A program made the position numbers and the translations under genes. Below the pieces are notes generated by a model. That model was not told where the DNA came from. It ran no database searches and worked only from the letters and a program-made list of their open reading frames with translations. From Thermoplasmata archaeon (GTDB taxonomy: Archaea; Thermoplasmatota; Thermoplasmata; Thermoplasmatales; GCA-001856825), in contig JAJYUZ010000001.1 of NCBI GenBank assembly GCA_021792255.1, positions 1 to 64,000 on the forward strand: a DNA stretch of 64,000 nucleotides. The letters run 5' to 3'. The stretch's first letter is position 1, and each line of letters starts with the position of its first letter. This document shows, one piece after another, positions 1 through 10,231 of this stretch.

Positions 1-1
1 C

Positions 2-262
2 AGGAGTTTTGTGAAATACGACCACCGATGCTCGAAGATCGTCAATTCTTTCAACGAGTTCCTTAGAAAGCCATTTCGTTTTGTATTGTCTCATTGATCT
101 TTTCTCGAGCTCTAGATAGAATTTCCGTAATTCCTCCGGATTAGGTATTTCTCTTCCAAGGAATATTCTCAGTTTTTCGACTTTGGCGGGGCCAATTCTA
201 ATGTTCTTGACTAAGTAGAAATAGTAGTGTCCTCCGTGACGCTGTTTCTCGATAAAAGTCAT
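2..262 (-). CDS. N-terminal fragment (runs off window) of probable Fic-family protein; IS1634-like N-terminus not excluded
   Basis: Not in ORF track. ATG at 262 reads MTFIEKQRHGGHYYFYLVKNIRIGPAKVEKLRIFLGREIP..., open to the window edge. The YYYL..R....V.K...LG pattern is seen at the N-terminus of archaeal Fic proteins and some transposases. TATA-like element at about 286-293. Confidence 0.5.
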   Translation of the reverse strand, partial: MTFIEKQRHGGHYYFYLVKNIRIGPAKVEKLRIFLGREIPNPEELRKFYLELEKRSMRQYKTKWLSKELVERIDDLRASVVVFHKTP

Positions 263-400
263 TCTATATGTCTACTGAAATATAGAATATAAATCTTGTG
301 GACATAATGGCTACATTTGTTCGAATTTTATACAGTGTAGCCATAATTTCTTGGCGACTTTCTTTAACTGAAATATAATTTTCATTGTAAAGAGGAACTA

Positions 401-490
401 GTCTTTATGTGCTTCAAATACTTATTTTACAAACCTGACTTCTAGTGCGGAACGGACTTTGTGTGAAAAATTGATTATTTGTGCAAGAGT
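401..490 (+). repeat. Degenerate 18-bp tandem array (5 units, consensus approx. GACTTTNT-GTGC-AAANNT)
   Basis: Units: gtctttatGTGCttcaaa, tacttattTTACaaacct, gacttctaGTGCggaacg, gactttgtGTGAaaaatt, gattatttGTGCaagagt; cores at 409/427/445/463/481. Confidence 0.6.
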
Positions 491-683
491 TGACCAGTGA
501 GGCTTTGCACCTAAAATCGGATTTTTAAAATCTCTTAGGTGCGCCTTTCATGCTCCAGGAGCAATCTCGATTGTGAGTGCAGGATCAATTGTTTATGTTA
601 TTCATATAAGAATCGGTTTAGGGCTCTTAGATTCCGGTATAAAGGTAGCAAAAAGAAGACAGAGGTGCGTATACAACCGTTCC

Positions 684-1406
684 TTAGACTTTAACTGATT
701 CTTCAACTATATGACCAACCCTTTTAACGAATAAATCCCATTTGTTCCTATTTTCCTTAGTTCTCTTTTTTCTCAACCTTGACATAGCGTCCTCAAAGAG
801 CTTTTCAGAAGAGACTTTAATAAGCGCCTCAGACAGTTTCTGCATCAAAGTCTCGGAGCGGAAGGTGCGGAATAAAGAGACGATCTCGTCTATTTTAAGC
901 GGTTCGTCAAGAATTGCGTAAAGATCGATTAGATCTTGTTCGCGTCCTGCTTGAAGTTTGAGCGCCCATAACGCCTCCGGTCTCGCGACGTTCACGGAGA
1001 TTGCCGTACTACCTGTCCTTGTCTTGAGTGGAATCTTTTTCACCTTCTGACTTATCCATGTTTCCGGAATATCAATCCTGGCTCTTCTGTCCCTGACATA
1101 GCCGATCAACAGATCAATAGTCGCCTCATCCTTACGGTACCGAGGGACGGTGCCTTCGAAGTCGGTGAGCAAATGGTTTACCGACTCCTCGAGTTCGAAC
1201 CCCTGTTCATAGAGAAAGTCCTCGAAGGTGGATTGGAGGAGGGTGGGAATAACAATATCTGCGTCTTTTGAATATCTTGGATCCCCGTAAGCAGCTATTG
1301 CGTACCCTCCTATCAGTGTACCTCCAGTTTTCCAGGGCCAGACGTTCAGTAGGGCTATTATCTTCCTTTCTCTTGTCGCCAGTCTTTCCTCAACGTCAAT
1401 ATGCAA
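684..1406 (-). CDS. AbiEii-like nucleotidyltransferase toxin (type IV TA)
   Basis: LIGGYAIAAYGDPRYSKDADI nucleotidyltransferase motif (GG..DxD) and LWALKLQAGREQDLIDL (K..R.xD) motif; overlaps the upstream antitoxin gene. Confidence 0.75.
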   Translation of the reverse strand: MHIDVEERLATRERKIIALLNVWPWKTGGTLIGGYAIAAYGDPRYSKDADIVIPTLLQSTFEDFLYEQGFELEESVNHLLTDFEGTVPRYRKDEATIDLLIGYVRDRRARIDIPETWISQKVKKIPLKTRTGSTAISVNVARPEALWALKLQAGREQDLIDLYAILDEPLKIDEIVSLFRTFRSETLMQKLSEALIKVSSEKLFEDAMSRLRKKRTKENRNKWDLFVKRVGHIVEESVKV

Positions 1407-1959
1407 TCAGATCTTCCGCCTCGGCATATAATCCAGGATGTTCTCTGATTAGTTTTACCACGTCTTCTTTTAGGATGACGGGTTCTCCGTTAATCATAAC
1501 GGAATGGATTTCATCAGTTCCTTCCAGTGCAACGTAACAACCTACCCTTTTGTTTCCCACGAAGGATATAGAGTGTCTCTCAAGGTATTCCTTCCACCTT
1601 CCCATATCCGCGTTTCTCACAAGGAGATCATAGACCAATAGGTACGAATTAGGCATAGTAACGTACGCACCGTCTGTCCATATCTCCACTGCGGTGCTAC
1701 CCGTCCACGCCTTTTCAAAAGGCGCCTTGAGTATGGAGTCCCTTACCCTCTTCCACTCCATCGATCTCGAATCGACTTTCTTGATAGGTCTGGGAATGAC
1801 ATAGGTGCCTCTACCAGTCCTTCTTATCTTCCCACTCATCTTCATCTCCGAGAGAAGCTTCCTTGGTCTGTCATTTCCTGTGACTCTTGCAATGTCACTT
1901 ACACTGAACTCCCTTCTTCCGAATTCCATCTTCAAGACGTCAAAATACGTCATTCCCAT
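1396..1959 (-). CDS. AbiEi-like antitoxin with N-terminal winged HTH
   Basis: FSVSDIARVT...LSEMKMSGKIRRTGRGTY is a wHTH typical of AbiEi; start moved to ATG 1959 because a TTTATATA box lies about 25 nt upstream. Confidence 0.7.
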   Translation of the reverse strand: MGMTYFDVLKMEFGRREFSVSDIARVTGNDRPRKLLSEMKMSGKIRRTGRGTYVIPRPIKKVDSRSMEWKRVRDSILKAPFEKAWTGSTAVEIWTDGAYVTMPNSYLLVYDLLVRNADMGRWKEYLERHSISFVGNKRVGCYVALEGTDEIHSVMINGEPVILKEDVVKLIREHPGLYAEAEDLIAY

Positions 1960-2223
1960 TCGCTCTAATAATCGGACATTATATATAAACTTATTCATAA
2001 TTTATGCATCTATATTTATATTATAAATTATAAGAAATAAATAAGCCGAAATATAGTTGAATCTTATCGAGTTTTAATTATAAAATATTAGCTCTTTGCT
2101 ATTTTTTATATTTCACAATACTGCAATGAAAAGTCCCAGTGACAGATTGGGAGGGTTTTTTTTTAGCTTTCAACACAATTAACAGACATCTTGCTTGTTG
2201 TTCTTTTACAATTTGCCCAACTA

Positions 2224-2295
2224 TTATTTGCGCGCTTTAAATATTTTATGTGCAAATACTACTTCTTGTGCAATATTGATTTTAGGTGCAGGTCA
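2224..2295 (+). repeat. Degenerate 18-bp tandem array (4 units), same family as 401-490
   Basis: Units: ttatttgcGCGCtttaaa, tattttatGTGCaaatac, tacttcttGTGCaatatt, gattttagGTGCaggtca; cores at 2232/2250/2268/2286. Confidence 0.65.
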
Positions 2296-2550
2296 GATTC
2301 AAAGTTCAGAATTGATTATGAGTGCCAAGAGATCTCAGACAGAGGCAATGTAGAGACGTTTAATGGAAATACTCTTGGGGTTTAAACATGGCAGCGGACG
2401 ATGAACATACGAAAATTTACCCAAGAAGAATAGTTCTCGTTTCTATTTGCAAGGTTGCAGCGTAATGAATGCGATAGCATCTTTCTGGTGCCTATTGTCT
2501 GAGACCTCATCGTACGATTCTAATCGCAATTAATGCTCTCCAATCAGCTA

Positions 2551-4164
2551 CTAACCAGTCGTGACAGCTCCATTAGACGCAGAAGAGACCATCGAACGGT
2601 ACTTTGACAAAACTCCGGACACTTGTCCCTTTTTTGAAGGAAGATTACGGAGATTTGCACTAGCAACTATGGCTCTATTGCCAACATCAATCATGACACT
2701 ATCACCATCGCATAACGAAGCTATGGGGCCACCAACATACGCTTCTGGTGATACATGTCCAACCATTAAGCCGTGAGTAGCTCCAGAGAACCTGCCGTCA
2801 GTTACTAAAGCCACTTTTTCTCCGAGTCCCTTACCAACTAACGCGGCGGTAACAGCCAGCATTTCCCTCATTCCAGGTCCTCCCTTCGGACCCTCGTTTC
2901 TTATAATGACAACATCATTTTCTTTGATAGAATCGTTCTTTACAGCATTAAAAGCGTCTTCTTCGCATTCAAATACCCTGGCCGGTCCTTTATGGTACAA
3001 TTTCTTGAGATTGGCAGTCTTGACAACTGCCCCTTCAGGAGCTAGGTTTCCCTTAAGAATGGCAATACCTCCGTGGTGAGATATTGGCGTATTAAGGTCT
3101 CTGACAATGTTGTATGAAACATTTTGGCGATAGCGTTCTATACGCTCAAAAAGATGTTCCCCAGAGACTGTCACGGTGTTGTGCAACAGATTTCTTCTGT
3201 TTAACTGTTTTAATACCGCAGTAACACCCCCCGATTTATGCAGATCGAACATGACGTGTTCCCCCCCTGGTTTCATACTTACCAACTGTGGAACTTTTCT
3301 GGATATTCTGTCAAAATCGTCGATCGAAAGCTTGACTGCAGCTTCATGGGCTATCGCTATAAGGTGTAAAACAGCGTTAGTGGAGCCACCCATAGCCGCG
3401 TCAAGGGTAATGGCATTTTCAAATGCTTCCCAGGTGAAGATATCACGAGGTAAAATCTCAGTTCCTAAAACAGTCTGCCCGGCTTTGGATCCTATTTCCT
3501 CTCTGCCCGACGAAACCGCCGAAGTGGATGCGTCTCCTTCCAGCGACATACCCATAACCTCTGTCAGAGAAGCCATCGTATTGGCGGTAAATAGGCCAGC
3601 ACACGTTCCAGCTCCAGGACAGGCCGCCCTTTCTATTTCTTCTAACTCGGGTTTAAAAATCTTTCCACTTTGATACGCTCCGACAGCTTCATAAACGTCT
3701 TGGATGGTTATATCCCTTCCTCCGTGACTCCCTGGCAGCATAGATCCGGCATAGACAAAAACTGACGGTACGTTGAGTCTGGCCATTGCCATCAAGGTCC
3801 CCGGGATGGTCTTATCGCATCCACCAAGACCGACCAAGCAATCGTACTTGTGTGCCCTTACAACTGCTTCGATAGAATCGGCAATAATCTCTCTACTTAC
3901 CAACGAATATTTCATTCCTTCAGTTCCCATGGATATGCCATCGGAAACCGTTATCGTTCCGAACTCTACCGGCGTTCCTCCCCCTGCTACAACACCTTTC
4001 TTGACGGATTCAGACACTCTCTTTAAAGAGCTCTGGCACGGTGTTATCTCGTTCCACGTATTTGATACTGCAACCATACGCCTGTAGATCTGATCGTCCG
4101 AGAGACCCATCGCACGTAAGAATGCCCTTGCTGGAGCCCTGTCTTCTCCCTTGAACATTTTCAT
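2551..4164 (-). CDS. ilvD: Dihydroxy-acid dehydratase
   Basis: [37 protein letters not shown] and TDGRFSG motifs. Confidence 0.97.
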   Translation of the reverse strand: MKMFKGEDRAPARAFLRAMGLSDDQIYRRMVAVSNTWNEITPCQSSLKRVSESVKKGVVAGGGTPVEFGTITVSDGISMGTEGMKYSLVSREIIADSIEAVVRAHKYDCLVGLGGCDKTIPGTLMAMARLNVPSVFVYAGSMLPGSHGGRDITIQDVYEAVGAYQSGKIFKPELEEIERAACPGAGTCAGLFTANTMASLTEVMGMSLEGDASTSAVSSGREEIGSKAGQTVLGTEILPRDIFTWEAFENAITLDAAMGGSTNAVLHLIAIAHEAAVKLSIDDFDRISRKVPQLVSMKPGGEHVMFDLHKSGGVTAVLKQLNRRNLLHNTVTVSGEHLFERIERYRQNVSYNIVRDLNTPISHHGGIAILKGNLAPEGAVVKTANLKKLYHKGPARVFECEEDAFNAVKNDSIKENDVVIIRNEGPKGGPGMREMLAVTAALVGKGLGEKVALVTDGRFSGATHGLMVGHVSPEAYVGGPIASLCDGDSVMIDVGNRAIVASANLRNLPSKKGQVSGVLSKYRSMVSSASNGAVTTG

Positions 4165-5150
4165 TCCTCTCGAAACATCTGTCTAAGATTCGTTCCCACT
4201 TTTTCTATGGTAGAGGTTTTAGCTGTCTGTCGATACTGATTCAAACTTATGCAGCCGTCTGAGTATTCTTTTGTCCATTCTCTAGCAAAGTCCCCAGATT
4301 TAATATCGTCTAGAAGCTTCTTCATTCTTTCTGCGGTTTCTGCATTGATTATTGCAGACCCCCTAGTTCGTCCTCCGTATTCAGCCGTATTTGAAACGTT
4401 ATCCCACATGTGTTCTATCCCCCCCTTTTGAATGAGATCAACGATCATCTTCATTTCGTGTAGGACTTCAAAATAGGCGACTTCTGGCTGATATCCCGCC
4501 TTTATCAAGACATCGAATCCTCTCTTAATTAACTCGGTCACTCCACCGCACAAGACTGCCTGTTCTCCAAACAGATCTGTCTCGGTCTCTTCGTCAAACG
4601 TTGTCTCTATGACTCCCACTTTAGTTGCGTGCAACGCATGTGCAATCGATAATGCAGTTCCTTGCGCCTGGCCAGTATAGTCTTGATGGACGGCCATCAA
4701 GCAGGGGACTCCGATACCTTCGACATAAGTTTCTCTGACAGCTGCTCCCGGTGCTTTAGGGGCGATCATAATTACATCAACATAATGGGGAGGTTTGATA
4801 GTTCCGTATCTTATGTTAAAGCCGTGAGCAAATACGAGGGCTTTACCGGGTCTAAGATTGGGTTCGACGTATTTGTCATAGATATCGGGTTGCACTTCGT
4901 CCGGAATTAACATCATTACGATATCGGAACTTTCAACAGCGTCCCTAATCTCACTCACTACAAAATCTTCTTTTTCAGCTCTATTCCAAGACTCTCCCCG
5001 TCTCAGTCCTAGAACTACTTTAACGCCGCTATCTCGTAGGTTTAGGGCTTGCGCCCTGCCCTGTATGCCGTATCCTATGACGGCAATGGTCTTGTCTCTT
5101 AATCGGTCTGTAACCACATCTTTTTCATAATAAACTTTCGCCACTTTCAC
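4161..5150 (-). CDS. ilvC: Ketol-acid reductoisomerase
   Basis: [41 protein letters not shown]. Confidence 0.97.
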   Translation of the reverse strand: MKVAKVYYEKDVVTDRLRDKTIAVIGYGIQGRAQALNLRDSGVKVVLGLRRGESWNRAEKEDFVVSEIRDAVESSDIVMMLIPDEVQPDIYDKYVEPNLRPGKALVFAHGFNIRYGTIKPPHYVDVIMIAPKAPGAAVRETYVEGIGVPCLMAVHQDYTGQAQGTALSIAHALHATKVGVIETTFDEETETDLFGEQAVLCGGVTELIKRGFDVLIKAGYQPEVAYFEVLHEMKMIVDLIQKGGIEHMWDNVSNTAEYGGRTRGSAIINAETAERMKKLLDDIKSGDFAREWTKEYSDGCISLNQYRQTAKTSTIEKVGTNLRQMFREE

Positions 5151-5452
5151 TCACCTGCCTCATCCACTCTTTTTAAAGAACTTCCATTATCGAGGACAAC
5201 GCTTAATAGAACGTTCTTTACTCTCTCTTCGTCAATCTCCAAATCTCGTATTTCCACCAAGCCGTATATATTTTTTAAGTTCTGTTTCACTCTTTCAACT
5301 TTGGTTTCGTCAATGGCCAACAAAATATGGGTACCATGGTCCCCATCGTGGTACACAATATCAGCGGGATATATCATTCTTCTAACGAGCGAATCAAGAA
5401 CTCTTTGCAGAGCACCTCTGTTATCTTTAAAATTTAGGTATAAGATGTTCAT
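5147..5452 (-). CDS. ilvH: Acetolactate synthase small (ACT-domain) regulatory subunit, divergent
   Basis: DNRGALQRV ACT-like motif; ATGA overlap with ilvB stop; GGAGGT SD at 5457-5462; position between ilvB and ilvC. Confidence 0.7.
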   Translation of the reverse strand: MNILYLNFKDNRGALQRVLDSLVRRMIYPADIVYHDGDHGTHILLAIDETKVERVKQNLKNIYGLVEIRDLEIDEERVKNVLLSVVLDNGSSLKRVDEAGE

Positions 5453-7140
5453 GGAAACCTCCAGCGACACCTTTTTCCAAGGTAAGATTCTCCATACGAG
5501 GTTCCCGGTATGATAAACGGAGCTAGCTCTTCTTCAGGGTCAACTTGCACATCGATTACATAAGGTACATCTGACTTTTGGGCAGCGTGAATAGCTTCAG
5601 AAAGCTCACTTGACTTGTTTACGACACTTCCTTGGCATCCCAGAATTTCTGCCATTTTGACGAAGTCCGGCACAACGCCAATCTTACTTGCAGACAATCT
5701 CTTTCCGTAAAACATGTTTTGCCATTGGGTCACCATTCCCAGGTAGCCATCATTCATAACAATCACGGTCACCTTGATGTCATTCTCGACGGCGGTAGCA
5801 AGCTCCTTGAAGCTCATTTGAAAAGAGCCATCTCCCGTCAGGCAATATACCGGCTTATCGGGGGCAGCAACCTTTGCGCCCATACCACCAGGTAGTCCAA
5901 AGCCCATAGTTCCAAGTCCTCCTGACGTCATGAATTCACGACCGTTTCTGACTTCAAAGAAATGTTCAGCCCACATCTGATGCCTTCCGACATCAGTCAC
6001 GAGGATAGCGTTTTCCTCTAAGCCCCTGTTGAGCTCGAAAATAATTTTCTGGGGCTTAACAGGATCACTGGTCAGATTGTAATCGCATGCACACGATTTC
6101 TTCAATTCATTGATCTTTCTACGCCATTCTGATCCATCTTTCAATTCTCTTTCAGACAGAGCGTCCGTCAGTGCAAGGACAACCTCTTTACTATTACCAA
6201 ATAACGGTGTGACTCCCTTAATGTTCTTGTTAAATTCTGCATTATCCACATCTATATGAATGATATTTTTCTCATTACCAAAATTATCCGGCTTGCTCAC
6301 CGATCTATCTGAAAATCTTGACCCAATGGACACCACTGTTTCGGCATTGTTCAAGACATAAGTTGCAACCATCTTTCCGTGCATCCCGACCGTGCCCAAT
6401 ACAAGTGGATGATTTTCTGGGACAGCTCCTTTGCCCATCAAGGTAGTCACTATAGGTGCTCCGAGCAGCTCCGCCAATCTTAGGATATTGGTATTGTCTC
6501 GTTCCCACTTAGTACCTCCTCCAACAAGCAAAACTGGAGCAGGAGTGTTTTCCAGTATCCTTACGGCAGACGCCAAATTTCTCAAATCCGTGAAATTTTG
6601 TCTGGGCTGAACGTGGTCATTGGTGGGAGAGAAATTTTCTTTCTGAACGTCAAGGGGGAAATCGATATGCACCGGTCCATATCTTCCACTGAACGAAACC
6701 TCGTAGGCACTCCTAAAAACTTGATCCACTTCTTCCATGGTCTCGATTCGCCAGTTCTGCTTAGTCACTGGCCTGAATAAGTCAAATGCATCAACTTCCT
6801 GGAACGCATCGCTTCCGATTGAACTGGTAGTAACTTGACCAGTTATTGCTATAACGGGTGATGAATCGAGGTATGCGGTCGCAATTCCTGTAATCAGATT
6901 GGTGGCTCCCGGACCGGATGTTGCAACACAGACGCCTGGTACCTTGGCTGTCCTTGCATATCCATCTGCCATGTGGGCGGCATTCTGCTCGTGTCTAACG
7001 AGAATATGGTTTATGTCCGAGTGATACAACTCGTCATAAAGCGGAAGAATGGCTCCTCCAGGGCATCCAAAAATGGTGCGAACGCCTAGTCTTCTAAGCT
7101 GGTCTACACTTACGTGAGCGCCCGTGAGTAGCATATCCAT
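5449..7140 (-). CDS. ilvB: Acetolactate synthase large subunit
   Basis: RHEQNAAHMADGYAR, TSGPGATN, GDGSFQM TPP motif; start likely ATG 7140 or 7134 rather than 7212. Confidence 0.96.
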   Translation of the reverse strand: MDMLLTGAHVSVDQLRRLGVRTIFGCPGGAILPLYDELYHSDINHILVRHEQNAAHMADGYARTAKVPGVCVATSGPGATNLITGIATAYLDSSPVIAITGQVTTSSIGSDAFQEVDAFDLFRPVTKQNWRIETMEEVDQVFRSAYEVSFSGRYGPVHIDFPLDVQKENFSPTNDHVQPRQNFTDLRNLASAVRILENTPAPVLLVGGGTKWERDNTNILRLAELLGAPIVTTLMGKGAVPENHPLVLGTVGMHGKMVATYVLNNAETVVSIGSRFSDRSVSKPDNFGNEKNIIHIDVDNAEFNKNIKGVTPLFGNSKEVVLALTDALSERELKDGSEWRRKINELKKSCACDYNLTSDPVKPQKIIFELNRGLEENAILVTDVGRHQMWAEHFFEVRNGREFMTSGGLGTMGFGLPGGMGAKVAAPDKPVYCLTGDGSFQMSFKELATAVENDIKVTVIVMNDGYLGMVTQWQNMFYGKRLSASKIGVVPDFVKMAEILGCQGSVVNKSSELSEAIHAAQKSDVPYVIDVQVDPEEELAPFIIPGTSYGESYLGKRCRWRFP

Positions 7141-7243
7141 CCACATATCCGATTTGAATACCATTCGTTGCTTCGATTGCGCTCGTGTTTCGAATAATTC
7201 GAATGGTCCCAATCGTGGTTAAATGGACGTTATTTGCGTTCAT
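7094..7243 (-). CDS. Putative Ile/Thr-rich leader peptide (uORF, 49 aa) overlapping ilvB start
   Basis: MNANNVHLTTIGTIRIIRNTSAIEATNGIQIGYVDGYATHGRSRKCRPA; first ATG after the promoter; 7 Ile. Confidence 0.45.
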   Translation of the reverse strand: MNANNVHLTTIGTIRIIRNTSAIEATNGIQIGYVDGYATHGRSRKCRPA

Positions 7244-7271
7244 GTCACTCAATCGATTGTACTGTCTCCCT

Positions 7272-7289
7272 TTATTTATAATTTTCTCA
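7272..7289 (-). promoter_or_regulatory. BRE/TATA promoter of ilv operon
   Basis: Minus strand reads gagaaaa-TTATAAAT about 30 nt upstream of ATG 7243. Confidence 0.55.
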
Positions 7290-7479
7290 GATTTTCGCTT
7301 ATGCATCTTTTGGGTGCATCTTGTGCGCTATAGGTGCAGCATCGTTTATGGGTACAGAATCTGTTGAATTAGAACACCGAACTACAAATGGCTCTGGCAG
7401 TTCAAGAACATTATATACTATTCAAGAAGTTTATTGGAAAAGAAAATGCTATCTTTCTAGTATAGTAATAATCAAGTGA

Positions 7480-8430
7480 TCAGTAGAGATGGCAAGCAAC
7501 AAAATGCCCCCTTTTGATCTCTCTGTATTCTGGCTCGATTTGTCTACATTTGTCCTCAGAAAAAGGACACCTCGGATGGAATCTACATCCTGATGGAAGG
7601 TCAATTGGGTTTGGTATTTCGCCTTTGATTTTTACTTCTCTTTCGCCCATTCCCAGTATTGGAATGGAATCCAGCAGGGCTTGCGTATAAGGGTGAAGAG
7701 GACGTTCAATGATGTCCTCCTTGGATCCTTCTTCGACGATCTTTCCCAGGTACAGTACACTGATTTTGTCGCTTATGTAGGACGCAACGAACAAGTCGTG
7801 CGTGATCAGCAGCACTGTCAGGTTCTCCCTTTTGTTAGTCTCTCTTAGCAGGTTCAAGAAATCAGCCCTTATCGATACGTCCACCATTGAAACGGGCTCA
7901 TCGGCGATAATCAATTCTGGAGAGATTGCAAAAGCTCTCGCAATTGCTGCCCTCTGCCTCTGGCCTCCGGACATCTCTCCCGGAAACCGATCAAGATAGT
8001 CAGATGCTGGCTTGAGTCCCACAGACTCGACAACGTCAGTAACCATTTTCTCATCAAATTTCACATGGTTCAATTTCAGAGGTTCTGTGATCGAAGCTCT
8101 TATCTTCAGTTTAGGGTTAAGGGAACTGTAAGGATCCTGAAATATTATCTGAATTCTCTTCCTTATAAGTTTCATTTCATTCTTTTTGAGGGAGAATAAA
8201 TCTATTCCATCGACTTTGACAGTCCCACTTGTTGGAGGAGTCAGAGCCATGACAATTCTTCCAAAAGTTGTCTTGCCACTACCCGTTTCACCAACCAAGG
8301 AATGAATCACCCCTTTTTCAATTTCAAGTGAAATTCCATCGAGCGCCTTCAGATAGCGGTCATTACGCGATAAAATTGATTTCTTCAGAGGAAAGTACTT
8401 CTTGACATTTTTTGCCTCTATCATTTTCAT
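7480..8430 (-). CDS. dppF: Oligopeptide/dipeptide ABC transporter ATP-binding subunit
   Basis: GETGSGKT, MSGGQRQR, ADEP, C-terminal GCRFHPRC...HFVACH. Confidence 0.92.
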   Translation of the reverse strand: MKMIEAKNVKKYFPLKKSILSRNDRYLKALDGISLEIEKGVIHSLVGETGSGKTTFGRIVMALTPPTSGTVKVDGIDLFSLKKNEMKLIRKRIQIIFQDPYSSLNPKLKIRASITEPLKLNHVKFDEKMVTDVVESVGLKPASDYLDRFPGEMSGGQRQRAAIARAFAISPELIIADEPVSMVDVSIRADFLNLLRETNKRENLTVLLITHDLFVASYISDKISVLYLGKIVEEGSKEDIIERPLHPYTQALLDSIPILGMGEREVKIKGEIPNPIDLPSGCRFHPRCPFSEDKCRQIEPEYREIKRGHFVACHLY

Positions 8431-9383
8431 GCCATCCGCTCCTCAAAAAGATTGCAGTATACAAGGTGCCTATTTTCTAAGATTGCGGGTTTATAGTCGT
8501 ACGTTTTGCAGAGATCTCTTCTTTGCGAACATCTATCATAGAATCTACACCCTTTAGGGGGATTCATCAAGCTCACGGGTTCACCTGAAATGCCTCTTAT
8601 TACTTTGGTAGATCTTGGATCTGGAATTGATCTTATCAGACCTTGCGTATAGGGATGCTTGCTTTGGGTCACTACCTCTTTTGCGTCTCCAACCTCACTC
8701 ATTTTCCCCCCATACATTATTGCCACTTTATCCGCAACCTCTGCCACAATTGGTAGGTCATGACTAATGAGAATAATTGTGACTCCAAACTCGTCTTTAA
8801 GTCTTCTGAACAATTTCATAATTCGATGCTGGGTTACAACGTCTAGGGCAGTTGTAGGTTCATCCGCTATGAGCAAGCTTGGATGCTCAATAATCGCCAT
8901 AGCGATCACGACTCTTTGTTTCATCCCACCGCTCAACTCGTGAGGGTAACGTTTTAGTATATTTTCACCAAGTCCCACGTTCTCAAGGTTTTCTTTGGCT
9001 CTGAGCAACGCTTGGTCCTTATCCATGTTTTCATGGATAATCAAAGGCTCAGCGACTTGCTCTTCGACAGTCATAAGGGGGTTTAGCGAATTCATGGCAC
9101 CCTGGAAGACCATTGATATTTTCTTTCCTCTCCACTTTCTCATTTCGCTTTCTTTCAGTTTTGTCACGTCTGTTCCGGAAATAAGAACGTTGCCGGACTC
9201 AATGATCGCAGTAGGAGGCAGTATTCTAAGCAGAGAAAGACCGAGGGTGGTCTTGCCGCTTCCTGATTCACCAACCAGTCCAAAAATTAAGCCACTGTCT
9301 ATTTCGAGATTCAGTCCGTCTACGGCATATACCTCCCCCTTCGACGATTTGTACTTGACGACCAGTTCCTTTATTTCTATCAA
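8427..9383 (-). CDS. dppD: Oligopeptide/dipeptide ABC transporter ATP-binding subunit
   Basis: GESGSGKT, LSGGMKQR, DEPTTALD, GCRFYDRC. Confidence 0.92.
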   Translation of the reverse strand: MIEIKELVVKYKSSKGEVYAVDGLNLEIDSGLIFGLVGESGSGKTTLGLSLLRILPPTAIIESGNVLISGTDVTKLKESEMRKWRGKKISMVFQGAMNSLNPLMTVEEQVAEPLIIHENMDKDQALLRAKENLENVGLGENILKRYPHELSGGMKQRVVIAMAIIEHPSLLIADEPTTALDVVTQHRIMKLFRRLKDEFGVTIILISHDLPIVAEVADKVAIMYGGKMSEVGDAKEVVTQSKHPYTQGLIRSIPDPRSTKVIRGISGEPVSLMNPPKGCRFYDRCSQRRDLCKTYDYKPAILENRHLVYCNLFEERMA

Positions 9384-9385
9384 GA

Positions 9386-10231
9386 CTAGACTCTCCTCGT
9401 CCTCGGGTTGAAAATAGACTCAAACGAAGTGCTAAGGAATATGAATCCAACGGTCAGCAATACTATGAATATCCCCGGCGGTATCATATACCACCAAATT
9501 CCAGCCGTAATGGTCCCGTTAATGTATGCAAAATGCATAATATTCCCCCAGCTCAGATCGGTCACATCACCGACTCCGATGAAGACGAGTGCTGACTGAG
9601 TAAAGATTGCATTTGCGACCGACAGTGCAGCATTAGCAAACACGACAGGCATTACGTTGGGCAAAATATGCTTGAACATTATGTAGATTGATCCTCCATT
9701 ACTAGACTTTGCCACTTCCACAAATGGCCATTCTTTTATTGAAAGGACCATTGACCTCACGACCCTCGCAGTCATGGGCCAGCTAAGCCCTCCGATGATT
9801 AATATGACGTTGGTCAAAGTACCACCAATAAGGGCAGATATCACGATCATCAGAACAATTGCTGGCACCACCAGAAAGAAATCAGTTACTCTCATCAAAA
9901 TTTCGTCTAGAATTCCTCCAAAATACCCGCTGAACAAGCCGATTATCAGTCCCATTAGCACGGCAACGAGGGCCGCAGTGGAACCGACCAACAGCGGGAT
10001 TCTCGTTCCGTACATATTCTGGGAAAATAAATCCTGACCTTCCTGATTAGTACCGAATAAGTGTAGCAGCGAGGGATGCTGCAGATATGCATTTGATGTG
10101 GCGTACGGATTATATGGCGAAATGATTGGTGCAATTAGTGCTATAACAACAAATGAGGCGATTATTCCCCATCCCACCATGCCTATCGTGCTTCGTCTTA
10201 GTTGGCTTAGATAACTCGTTAAAGGATTCAT
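9386..10231 (-). CDS. dppC: Peptide ABC transporter permease
   Basis: HLFGTNQEGQD and ARVVRSMVL...KHILPN motifs; multiple TM helices. Confidence 0.92.
   Translation of the reverse strand: MNPLTSYLSQLRRSTIGMVGWGIIASFVVIALIAPIISPYNPYATSNAYLQHPSLLHLFGTNQEGQDLFSQNMYGTRIPLLVGSTAALVAVLMGLIIGLFSGYFGGILDEILMRVTDFFLVVPAIVLMIVISALIGGTLTNVILIIGGLSWPMTARVVRSMVLSIKEWPFVEVAKSSNGGSIYIMFKHILPNVMPVVFANAALSVANAIFTQSALVFIGVGDVTDLSWGNIMHFAYINGTITAGIWWYMIPPGIFIVLLTVGFIFLSTSFESIFNPRTRRV

Noticed and set aside
401-2295. Possible CRISPR or mini-CRISPR arrays
   Set aside because: Units are 18 bp and degenerate, with no repeat-spacer alternation and no cas genes in the window.
2191-2385. 64-aa ORF with periodic Cys
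   Set aside because: TTG start without clear signals. The periodicity comes from the 18-bp DNA array, whose sister copy has in-frame stops. Kept only as an alternative in the repeat finding.
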